From IMG/VR virus record IMGVR_UViG_3300031884_000010: a stretch of DNA of 64,000 nt; one strand, given 5' to 3'. The notes below the pieces were generated by a model. The model was not told where the DNA came from. It saw nothing but the letters and a program-made list of their open reading frames with translations, and ran no database searches. Source of the stretch: an uncultured virus (IMG/VR IMGVR_UViG_3300031884_000010) (taxonomy: Duplodnaviria > Heunggongvirae > Uroviricota > Caudoviricetes). Below, piece by piece: positions 1 to 8,153 of this stretch (the first letter of the stretch is position 1; each line of letters starts with the position of its first letter). The translations under genes and the position numbers were made by a program.

Positions 1-352
1 TGATGATCCACTCGAGCGGGTCCAGGGCATCCGGGACCAAGAATCGATCGTTGGCCGACACCAGGCCGTAGGCGGGGGCATTGGCAGGGAGAGAAATCGA
101 GGCGTCCCCCACGAGGCCCGGGCCCAGCCGTGTCCGCATGTTCTCCAGAGCCTTGGCCGACACGCTGGTGAGCCCGGCCCGGAAGATGTCCGAAGGGACG
201 TCGTAGGTCCCGCCCTCACCGATGCAGAGAGGACAGTCCATCCGGGCCGCCCCCTCAGCCCCGGTGCAGGGGCACCGATGCCACCGCTCCCATTGGAGCC
301 GGGTGCCCAGCTGACCAGAGAGGAGGTTGGTGAAGGGTTGGGCCAGCATCAT
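1..352 (-). CDS. Neck/head-closure protein, 3' end beyond window edge
   Basis: Translated by hand: MMLAQPF...WERWHRCPC...DCPLCIGEGGTY. The CPC..CxxCxGxG motif is typical of SPO1/A511-type neck proteins; GGAGG SD; ATG overlaps the upstream TGA. Confidence 0.65.
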   Translation of the reverse strand, partial: MMLAQPFTNLLSGQLGTRLQWERWHRCPCTGAEGAARMDCPLCIGEGGTYDVPSDIFRAGLTSVSAKALENMRTRLGPGLVGDASISLPANAPAYGLVSANDRFLVPDALDPLEWII

Positions 353-621
353 GGCCTCCGGGAAATGTGGTTGTCGATCCAAGCGAGAAGGGCCAGGGAG
401 TCGGCTTGCAACTTGTCCTGGGCCTGGGCCTCCCGATTCTTCCGCGGGGTGTTCCCGCGGTCCTCGGATGCTTGGAGCGCAGCCCATTCCAACTGGAAGG
501 GGGCCATTCGAAGCACCTCGGGGTGCCAAGGATGAAGCCCGAGAGCCTTGCTCCCGACCCAGACAAGCTGGGCGCGAGAACTAGGCCGTTGCCAATTCGC
601 CTGGAGCGCTGCCGCTTCGAA
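349..621 (-). CDS. Frameshift extension of tail chaperone (gpGT-like)
   Basis: Open +1 frame FEAAALQANWQRP...SRRP with no start of its own; fills the gap exactly to the next ATG. Confidence 0.55.
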   Translation of the reverse strand, partial: FEAAALQANWQRPSSRAQLVWVGSKALGLHPWHPEVLRMAPFQLEWAALQASEDRGNTPRKNREAQAQDKLQADSLALLAWIDNHISRRP

Positions 622-1012
622 AGGCCGCCCTCCACTTGCTGTAGGCCCGGTAGACGTCCAGGATCGCCTCGACGTCGGGGAGCCTGTTGAGGTCCAAGAC
701 GGGAGAGCCACCCTTCTCGGGCACGCGATACCACGGGGCCGGAGCCTTCGTGGTGAGCACCTGCAGGGAGGCGATCGCCTCAGCGACATAGCCACCGAGG
801 GGCCCGATGAGCCGCTCGATGGTGAGGCTGTCGCCGACGGTGGCATAACGGATGACCACCTGCCCATCCAGCGCAGGAAAGGACTCAGAATGGAAATCCA
901 TGCTAAACTCCGGGATGGCCTGCAAGACAGCATCCTGGGCAGCCAGAACAGGGATCACCGCAGGATCAAGGCCGGCAGCAGCCCGAATGACAGGATCATC
1001 AAAGGAAGTCAT
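581..1012 (-). CDS. Tail assembly chaperone (gpG-like)
   Basis: 143 aa, next gene downstream of tail tube, ends ...KWRAAFRSG...; overlapping +1 ORF continues to 349. Confidence 0.65.
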   Translation of the reverse strand: MTSFDDPVIRAAAGLDPAVIPVLAAQDAVLQAIPEFSMDFHSESFPALDGQVVIRYATVGDSLTIERLIGPLGGYVAEAIASLQVLTTKAPAPWYRVPEKGGSPVLDLNRLPDVEAILDVYRAYSKWRAAFRSGSAPGELATA

Positions 1013-1200
1013 ACAAACTCCGAAGCGTGCGGAACTATTGGAAATAGGTCGATTAATTTGTGGTTCGAATTGAATTGGTCAATCAACAGAACACGAGGCA
1101 TTGATGGCACGAAAGTGGGAAAAATTGGCCCATTTGTTAAAAATGGGTATGTTCAACTGAAAAGACCAAGGAAACCATAATCAAAAAGTAAAGGTGGCCC

Positions 1201-1234
1201 GCCGAACGGTAGTAAAACGGGGGCCGAACGGTAG
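1201..1234. repeat. 12-bp direct repeat GCCGAACGGTAG x2 in AT-rich intergenic tract
   Basis: Copies at 1201-1212 and 1223-1234. Confidence 0.85.
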
Positions 1235-1240
1235 AGGAAA

Positions 1241-1657
1241 CTACCGCGTCCGCAGAGCCTGGAAACTGAAGCGCTGGGTGACAAGCTGCCCAGCCTGAAT
1301 CCCAGAGCCGGCCGAGGCGAGGGTGCAGCCCTCGAGCACCTGGATGGGCTTGCTCGTGATCGTGTCCAAGATCACAAGGTCGAAGGTCCCCGTCCGGATG
1401 ACATCCGCGGCCGTGCGGGCCCCAAGCTTGGAATTCTGGATCATCATGTCGCGGACATAGTAGCGCTGGAGGTCGCCCGACACCGCGTAGCGGGTCTGCT
1501 GGTGCTCCTGGACCTCTACCGAGCCCACCACGAACACGGGCTGCACGCCCATGTCGATGGACCAGGAGACGCCCTGGAACCAGCCGGCATCCACGCCGTC
1601 GATCATGATCCTGGCGACGTGGCCGCCAAGGACTTTTGCGTCATTGATATCCGCCAT
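1241..1657 (-). CDS. Tail tube protein
   Basis: 138 aa directly after sheath; GWFQGVSWSIDMGVQPVFVVGS and terminal FSFQAL pattern of contractile tail tubes. Confidence 0.85.
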   Translation of the reverse strand: MADINDAKVLGGHVARIMIDGVDAGWFQGVSWSIDMGVQPVFVVGSVEVQEHQQTRYAVSGDLQRYYVRDMMIQNSKLGARTAADVIRTGTFDLVILDTITSKPIQVLEGCTLASAGSGIQAGQLVTQRFSFQALRTR

Positions 1658-1669
1658 GGCGAACTCCTA

Positions 1670-3415
1670 TCAGAGAGAGATCTGGATGGGCGTGAGTTTC
1701 ACCGCCACGGTGATGTAGTCGGTCTCGCCCACGGGGTGGACCGTGACGGTGATATTCCAGGACTCGATTCCATCGCTGGTGACCTGGAGGTTTTCCCAAG
1801 CCGGCACCTGGGCGCCATTGACGTAGCCGGGCGTCAGGAAGCCGCCAGGGTTCTGGGCCGAGCGCACGCTGGCATCCAGGAACTGGGAGGCAGCATTCTT
1901 GATAAGGTAGCCCGTGACGAGGTCCAGGGGAGAGCCCACATAGGGAAGCAGGACCACCTGGAAACCGCGGGAAATGTCGTCCTGGATCCGGAGTCCGAGG
2001 AGTTTCCGGTACGCCACGTTGCTTCCGCCCTGATAGGTCGTGATGGCCTGCTCCACCTTGGCCTGGCCCGTCACCGGGTCCAGGTCGATGGGGCAGACAC
2101 CCGCGATGAGCAGGTTGGAGATGTCGGAATCCGAGGCGTTGGGGAACTCGAGGCCGTAGGAGATGACGCTCTTGCCAGTGGCCGGGGTGCTCGAGAAGGA
2201 GCCCGCGGCCAGGCCGCAGACCTGGGCAGCAGACCCATGGCCGCCCAGCTGCTCCTGGAGGCCAGTGAGGGGATTGAGCCCCACCGTGCCATTCCAGACG
2301 TAGACGCAGGGGCCGTTGTAGGTCGGAGCGGCAGCCATGGCGGCAGCAGCCGTCTGGGCAGGAGCGCCGCCCAGGAACAGGATCCGGTAACGCTTCTGGA
2401 CAGCCGTCCGCATGGTGAGGACATGCTGGTAGGCAAGTCCCTGCGCCGTGGGATCCGTGGTGCACAGAAACAGGAACTGGACATCGGCCGTGGCCAAGAC
2501 CGAGAGGCCATTGGTCCAGTCCGTGGAGGTCACGGTGTCTGCGTTGGTGCCGGTGGCGCCCGTGAGGTAGGTCTCGGCCACCACAGAAAGGGGGCCGAAG
2601 GTCCCGGGGGCGGCGTCGGTGGCCGTCACCTGGAACTGCGAATTGGTCAACTTCCAGATGAGCGCACCCTGACTGGCGGGGAGAAGGGTGGCCGTGGTCA
2701 GGATGGCCGGGGCAGAGGCCAGGATCGGGTTGTCCATCCATCGGATGGGCATGGAGGGATCGCCCGTGACCAAGGCCGTCCAACCGGCACGCGCCTGGAT
2801 GAAGGCCACGAGGTTGGAGAGGGTGACGCTGTCGGTGGGATAGGCCAGGGTGGCCACCGCGACCGAGTTCTCATACATCGTGCAGACCTGGGCGACATGG
2901 TCAAAGACCACCTTCGGGGTGGTGGCCGTCGAGGTCACCGAGATCCCATTGCCCACGGAGAAGGTCTGCTGCACGCCGTCCAACCGCTTCCGGATCGTGA
3001 CATCCCAGGGCTGGTAGGCGCCCACGGCCACCTGGACCGAGATCCCGTTGGTGTGGCGGCCGTAGTCGATGCTGGTGAAGGTTGTCCCAGCCAAGGTGGC
3101 TGTCGCCTGGGTGGGGGCCCCGATCCTGCAGAAGCGGACCAACCCCGCCCCAGGCATCGTGGGGTCGGCACTGGGCTGGAAGATCCTCTGGAGGTAGCTG
3201 AGGACCGCCCCGCCGCGGAGCACGGACGCCGCCTGCGAGAACGAGGTGAAATTGTAGACCTGACCCGGGACACCGCCGTCAGCGGTCCCGAGGACACCCA
3301 CCGTCCCCATGAGGGTTGGGTTGTTGGGAACCATGGCGGAAGCGTCGATGGTCGTGAACACGCCGGGGCGAACGACGGCCGAACCCCCTGCATTGATGCC
3401 GATCTGTCCAGGCAT
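1670..3415 (-). CDS. Tail sheath protein
   Basis: 581 aa; N-terminal RPGVFTTIDAS, C-terminal sheath core (VEQAITT, RIQDDIS, VHPVGETDYITV); AAGGAG SD. Confidence 0.92.
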   Translation of the reverse strand: MPGQIGINAGGSAVVRPGVFTTIDASAMVPNNPTLMGTVGVLGTADGGVPGQVYNFTSFSQAASVLRGGAVLSYLQRIFQPSADPTMPGAGLVRFCRIGAPTQATATLAGTTFTSIDYGRHTNGISVQVAVGAYQPWDVTIRKRLDGVQQTFSVGNGISVTSTATTPKVVFDHVAQVCTMYENSVAVATLAYPTDSVTLSNLVAFIQARAGWTALVTGDPSMPIRWMDNPILASAPAILTTATLLPASQGALIWKLTNSQFQVTATDAAPGTFGPLSVVAETYLTGATGTNADTVTSTDWTNGLSVLATADVQFLFLCTTDPTAQGLAYQHVLTMRTAVQKRYRILFLGGAPAQTAAAAMAAAPTYNGPCVYVWNGTVGLNPLTGLQEQLGGHGSAAQVCGLAAGSFSSTPATGKSVISYGLEFPNASDSDISNLLIAGVCPIDLDPVTGQAKVEQAITTYQGGSNVAYRKLLGLRIQDDISRGFQVVLLPYVGSPLDLVTGYLIKNAASQFLDASVRSAQNPGGFLTPGYVNGAQVPAWENLQVTSDGIESWNITVTVHPVGETDYITVAVKLTPIQISL

Positions 3416-3424
3416 GTGACCTCC

Positions 3425-4246
3425 TTAAACCGTGATGAAGCCAAAGCCAGAGCGCACCGGGATAGACCGGCGAGACTCTAACTGGCATGTGAATCGGGAA
3501 TTGACGAGGAAAGCCGGAACGCCAACGGTCTCGAAGTCCTCACTCTCCTCGATCGTGAAGGAGGGCTCGGACATGCCGGCGTGCGGAGCGAGGTCCAGCA
3601 GGATGTCCATGGCCTCGGCAACCCACTGCCCTACCCGGGAGCGATCCTCGGGCTTGTCGGTCCATCCGACCAGGGAGAGCGTGGCCGAGTAGATGCGGCC
3701 CTCGTTCAAGGAGGAGCCAACCACGCCCTGGGACTCGCCGATGAACTGGGCGGCCGGGGAGAGGCTGTCCAACTGGACCGAGAGCATGGGCCAGCCGGTC
3801 ACATCCCGCGGATAGGTGCGCCGAATGGCGAGGGCCTTGGTGCCGGGAAGCGGAAGGTCGGCGGCCATTTCCTGCAACCGATCCACGATCCAGTCCAGGA
3901 CCCATGGGAACTCAGAACTGCCCTGGGTGGTCAGGTCCACCCCGGTAACGGTCGGGCCCAGGGTCCAGACTCCGCCGATCTGGCAGAACCAGGTGACCAC
4001 GAGGCCAGAGACTCGAGGGGCACCCCAAAGATGGGACCACCAGGTGCCATCGGACCCAACGGCCAGATCCACGGAGACTAGGTCAGGGTTGGCGTCCGTC
4101 TCGCTGACGGCCGGGACGGGCCCCACAAAGGCCCGGACGGCCGTGGCAGGCACCAAGGTGGCGGCATCCTCAGCACGGGCCGTAAGGAGGGCCGCCCCGC
4201 CGAATGCGAGGGGCTTCAGGAAGTAGGTATCCCACTGAGCGGCCAC
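3425..4246 (-). CDS. Putative tail terminator/completion protein
   Basis: 273 aa immediately upstream of sheath; YPRDVTGWPMLSVQL...QFIGE motif typical of tail terminators. Confidence 0.55.
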   Translation of the reverse strand: MAAQWDTYFLKPLAFGGAALLTARAEDAATLVPATAVRAFVGPVPAVSETDANPDLVSVDLAVGSDGTWWSHLWGAPRVSGLVVTWFCQIGGVWTLGPTVTGVDLTTQGSSEFPWVLDWIVDRLQEMAADLPLPGTKALAIRRTYPRDVTGWPMLSVQLDSLSPAAQFIGESQGVVGSSLNEGRIYSATLSLVGWTDKPEDRSRVGQWVAEAMDILLDLAPHAGMSEPSFTIEESEDFETVGVPAFLVNSRFTCQLESRRSIPVRSGFGFITV

Positions 4247-4367
4247 GAGACGAGAGTCGCCCGGTCCCTAGACCCCAAAACATGACTTGGCCCCCTTGGT
4301 GCCCCAGGCCGGGCACCCCAGACCGCCCAAGCAGGGCCTCCCATTTCACCCTCCCAGAGAGGCAGAG

Positions 4368-5939
4368 ATGACGGATCCCAGGTACGATGCAGCCCGAGCA
4401 AAGCTGCGGCGATTCCTCCCGCCGCCGCCCCCGGACTCAGGATGGGGATACGCCCGCCAGCGCATCGAGGCCCAGTTCCTTGGGCCCGTGTCCGACGACC
4501 AGGCCACGCTCGGAGAAGCACAGCTGCTCTTCCCTGCCATCCTCTCCCGATCTGACAGCGACCCCACCAATTGGGACAACGACGCCCACAACTGGATCTT
4601 CTCCCCAACCGTCCCGGCCTATTCGGGAGCCCAAGGGGACTGGCTCGACCTCTGGGGGAAGGTGCTGGGGGTGCCCAGGGAGCCAGGGGAATCTGATGCG
4701 CTCTACGGACCCAGGATCCTGGGCGAAATTCTATCCCCTACCACCACGAACATTGGGCTGGCCCAGGCCATCGACCAGGGCATGGGGGTGGTCGGGACGC
4801 AGGTGGTCGAGGCTGAAGGGGTCCTGAACGTCGGGCGCCTGAACAGCCCCGAACTGCATTTCAACTCAGCCACGACCACCATCACCAAGCGCCTGAACAT
4901 GGCAGGGGGCCTGGGGGGGAACGACCTGACGGCCTGTTTCTTGATCCAGGTCCCCACCGGGATCCAGCTGCCCTACGACAAGGACTCCATTCAGCGGATC
5001 GCCGATCGCCGGAAGGCGGCCGGGACCAGGCTGGTGGGAATCTACATGGCCGGCGGCGGCTCCATCATGGTCCCCAACAACGTGACCGTCGGCCTAGAGA
5101 TCACAGCTACCATCACGCCGGTGGCCGGAGCTTCCTACAACTGGGTCCTCACCGGGAGCGCCCTGATCGACTCGGGCCAGGGAACCAACCAGATCACCTT
5201 CCACGCCACAGCCGAGGGAACGGTTGGCCTGGCGGTCCTGGTGACCAGCCCCGCGGGCCCCGCGAACTACTGGAAGCCGATCCAGGCGTTCAACCCCATT
5301 TCCACCGTCATCACGACGCCCCTCTACCAATACGCCGGGACCTTCCTTGCGGTGGCCAGCGTCCCATCCACCAGCGCCTCCTCGACCATCGCGTGGACAG
5401 GGACCGGGATCGAGTTTGAAGGCCCGACCAACACCCCCATCGTGACCTTCGACGTTGGCGTGGCTGGAACCCTCGCAAACCTCACCGTCACCATCACGAG
5501 CGCCACTGGAACCTCCTACAACTCGACAGTCCAGATCAAATCGATCCCATACACCAGCCCTGCCACATTCACCAGCAGTAGCTTGTCGCCCGCAGCCTTC
5601 CAGGACTTCACCCTCGACCTCGGCTGGGAATACCACCTCACCCAGATGGCAACCGACCACCCTGCCCTCCTCCGGGTCTACAACACAGCCAGTGATCGCG
5701 GGGCGGACAACGGTAGGTCGCTGATCGCCGATCCGCCAACCGGAACAAACATCGTATTCGAGGGCGCCACGAGCGCAACGCAACTCAGCTTCACGATGCC
5801 CGACCTCTACATCGGCACCAACGGAGACACCCCGCGGACGAAAACCGCCTACTGCCGCCTATTCAACCTCGACATCGTCAGCCAGGTCATCAACCTCACC
5901 CTCACGCGCACCGAGACGAAAACAAGCGGAACCTTCTAG
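4368..5939 (+). CDS. Baseplate wedge (gpI/DUF2313-like N-terminus) with Ig-like C-terminal domains
   Basis: ATG 4368 after GAGG; AQGDWLDLWGKVLGVPREPGESDALY and RRKAAG motifs of baseplate wedge proteins; Thr/Val-rich beta domains follow. Confidence 0.7.
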   Translation: MTDPRYDAARAKLRRFLPPPPPDSGWGYARQRIEAQFLGPVSDDQATLGEAQLLFPAILSRSDSDPTNWDNDAHNWIFSPTVPAYSGAQGDWLDLWGKVLGVPREPGESDALYGPRILGEILSPTTTNIGLAQAIDQGMGVVGTQVVEAEGVLNVGRLNSPELHFNSATTTITKRLNMAGGLGGNDLTACFLIQVPTGIQLPYDKDSIQRIADRRKAAGTRLVGIYMAGGGSIMVPNNVTVGLEITATITPVAGASYNWVLTGSALIDSGQGTNQITFHATAEGTVGLAVLVTSPAGPANYWKPIQAFNPISTVITTPLYQYAGTFLAVASVPSTSASSTIAWTGTGIEFEGPTNTPIVTFDVGVAGTLANLTVTITSATGTSYNSTVQIKSIPYTSPATFTSSSLSPAAFQDFTLDLGWEYHLTQMATDHPALLRVYNTASDRGADNGRSLIADPPTGTNIVFEGATSATQLSFTMPDLYIGTNGDTPRTKTAYCRLFNLDIVSQVINLTLTRTETKTSGTF

Positions 5940-5948
5940 GAGAGAACG

Positions 5949-8144
5949 ATGAGCACATTCCTCGCATTCAATGACAACCTTATTTCCCCAGGTGCCAGCG
6001 TCGCAACCGTGAAGTCCACCATTGTCGGGTGCCTAACGGCCCAGGGATGGCAGGAGGTCGCCAAGGGAACCATGGTCGCTGCCGCCATCGGAACCCTTGG
6101 GACAACGGCCAATTTCTTCGACAACAATATCTGGGTCTCTGGCGGATCTAACGCATGGACCACGGGGATGTATGCCGGAGTTCAGCTTCTCGCGGTTGAC
6201 ACTGTAGGAAGTTATCGAATCACAGCCGATTATCTGAATTCGAATTGGGCACCCCAGGCGTGGACACTCGATTGGTCGGACGACGGGAGCACGTGGACCA
6301 CGGCAGACACACAAACCGGGCAAATCAATTGGTATAACCTCGAGGAGCGAACATTCACGGTTGGCGGGACACCGGGAAATCACCTTTACTGGAGAATTAA
6401 AACAACCGCCGTCAATATTGGGACGTCTTGCTGGATGGGCCAGATTCGCCTTGTCCTCTCGGACGGCAGCGTGGCTTGTGCGGCTAACGCTTATTCATAC
6501 CTCATTCCACCACTAGCAATGACCATTGGCAACAGCGTAGCAAGAGACGTTGTGCTAATGACGTTCACCAGCACAACGATTGGAATGTGGGCCGCGTCTC
6601 AAACGTCGGTCTGGTTACCGCAGGTTATCCAGTTATACCAAAAGACAGCAGGTACCGTGGCATGCGCGGTAAGCCTTCCGACCACCGCAGCAGGAACATT
6701 CAATATCACGGCCAGCCAAAGCGGAACCACGCTTACCGTCACCGCGGCATCAGGAGTTCTGGCGGTAGGCTCAAAACTAACCGGAATAGGCATGACCTAC
6801 GGGTCAACAATTATTGCTCTTGGAACAGGCACCGGAGGGACCGGGACCTATACCATGAGCAATAGCCAAACCGTCGCAAGCACAACCATCCTTGCCACTG
6901 GGGGCATCACCATCACGGGCGCCACCGGAACAGCTGGAAGCCTTTCCACGGACAACCTGCGGGCCCTCTATGTGGCGCTCAAGAACAGCGCCGACGCAAG
7001 CGTGAATGACTGGACCTTCATCTACCAAAAACCAGCACCACAGAATGCCGACGACTCCAACGACTACATCCATTGCATCCGCAAAACAGCTGGACCGTGG
7101 GTGAATTTCGCGGTGAATGCAAACGTCAACATGTATAACGCATCAATGCCGACTCCACCGACAATTCAATCACAGTCATCCTTCTATACCGGGAACCATA
7201 CAATTACAATCGACACGGTTAATGGATTTATTTACTATCTGCAAATCAATTCGATGGGATTTGCGTTGGCAACCAAAACCACCGCAAATTATTATGGGCC
7301 ACTGCATGCTTGTTATGCCGACCACACGAAGGCATTGGCAGCAATGCCTTCAACATTAGACTCGCGCCTTGTGACGCCGATTGAGCTACTGGTGGGATGG
7401 GACGATGCATCAAGTGACACGGGAGCCTACGGAAATCCTAGTAAAATATGGAAGCTGTCTGCATCACAATGTGCATCATTTCTTCCGCCAATACCCTCAG
7501 TATTGTCAGCCTCTTTCTGCTCCAATGACCACCCTTTTATTTCAACAAGATTGCGCGACTCTTTTATAGATTCTGTTTCATGCGCAACCAACGGTTCCGC
7601 CTATACATACGCAAGGGATTATCCTGCGACATTGTATGGATCAGGTATTTTCCCAGCCACCACATATGACTACCCCGCAAACGATTTCCAAATCCATAAA
7701 TGCGCCTGCGCTGGAACTTCAGCATTCATGGGGGCCAACGTAATGGTGGACTTCAACCCTAATCTTTATTCGAGTGCGGTGGTTCCAATTTTAGACATTC
7801 AAGATTGGTATAAATTCCGGGGCACAGCCACCAACGAGGCCCTCGCAATGGTCGCAGACACCGTCATTGGAACCACCCTGAACCAAACCATGGATAGCGT
7901 GACGGCCTACACCAGCCTTGCCCTCACGAGCACATCCGGATTCGCAACCTCTGGATACATTGTGATCGAGGGCGAGGTCATCCAATACACGGGGATCGCC
8001 GGAAACACGCTCACAGGCGTCACTCGCGCCATGTATGGAACCATCATGCAGACCCACTTCACGGGAGACGGCGTCTGGCAGGGCTTGTGGTTCACCATCA
8101 TCAACGGCGGTGCACTCTTCTGCGGTTATACGAAGCCGAGCTAA
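5949..8144 (+). CDS. Tail fibre/adsorption protein with discoidin (F5/8-like) domain
   Basis: 731 aa; [21 protein letters not shown] discoidin motif, [12 protein letters not shown] fibre motif, [12 protein letters not shown]; visibly lower GC. Confidence 0.65.
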   Translation: MSTFLAFNDNLISPGASVATVKSTIVGCLTAQGWQEVAKGTMVAAAIGTLGTTANFFDNNIWVSGGSNAWTTGMYAGVQLLAVDTVGSYRITADYLNSNWAPQAWTLDWSDDGSTWTTADTQTGQINWYNLEERTFTVGGTPGNHLYWRIKTTAVNIGTSCWMGQIRLVLSDGSVACAANAYSYLIPPLAMTIGNSVARDVVLMTFTSTTIGMWAASQTSVWLPQVIQLYQKTAGTVACAVSLPTTAAGTFNITASQSGTTLTVTAASGVLAVGSKLTGIGMTYGSTIIALGTGTGGTGTYTMSNSQTVASTTILATGGITITGATGTAGSLSTDNLRALYVALKNSADASVNDWTFIYQKPAPQNADDSNDYIHCIRKTAGPWVNFAVNANVNMYNASMPTPPTIQSQSSFYTGNHTITIDTVNGFIYYLQINSMGFALATKTTANYYGPLHACYADHTKALAAMPSTLDSRLVTPIELLVGWDDASSDTGAYGNPSKIWKLSASQCASFLPPIPSVLSASFCSNDHPFISTRLRDSFIDSVSCATNGSAYTYARDYPATLYGSGIFPATTYDYPANDFQIHKCACAGTSAFMGANVMVDFNPNLYSSAVVPILDIQDWYKFRGTATNEALAMVADTVIGTTLNQTMDSVTAYTSLALTSTSGFATSGYIVIEGEVIQYTGIAGNTLTGVTRAMYGTIMQTHFTGDGVWQGLWFTIINGGALFCGYTKPS

Positions 8145-8153
8145 GGAGGGGGA

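Noticed and set aside
1502..3481. Long + strand ORF opposite the sheath (likewise 20062-21648, 40040-41935, 53408-55240, 55322-57319 and many others)
   Set aside because: Antisense shadows of real genes, expected in GC-rich DNA; no recognisable motifs.
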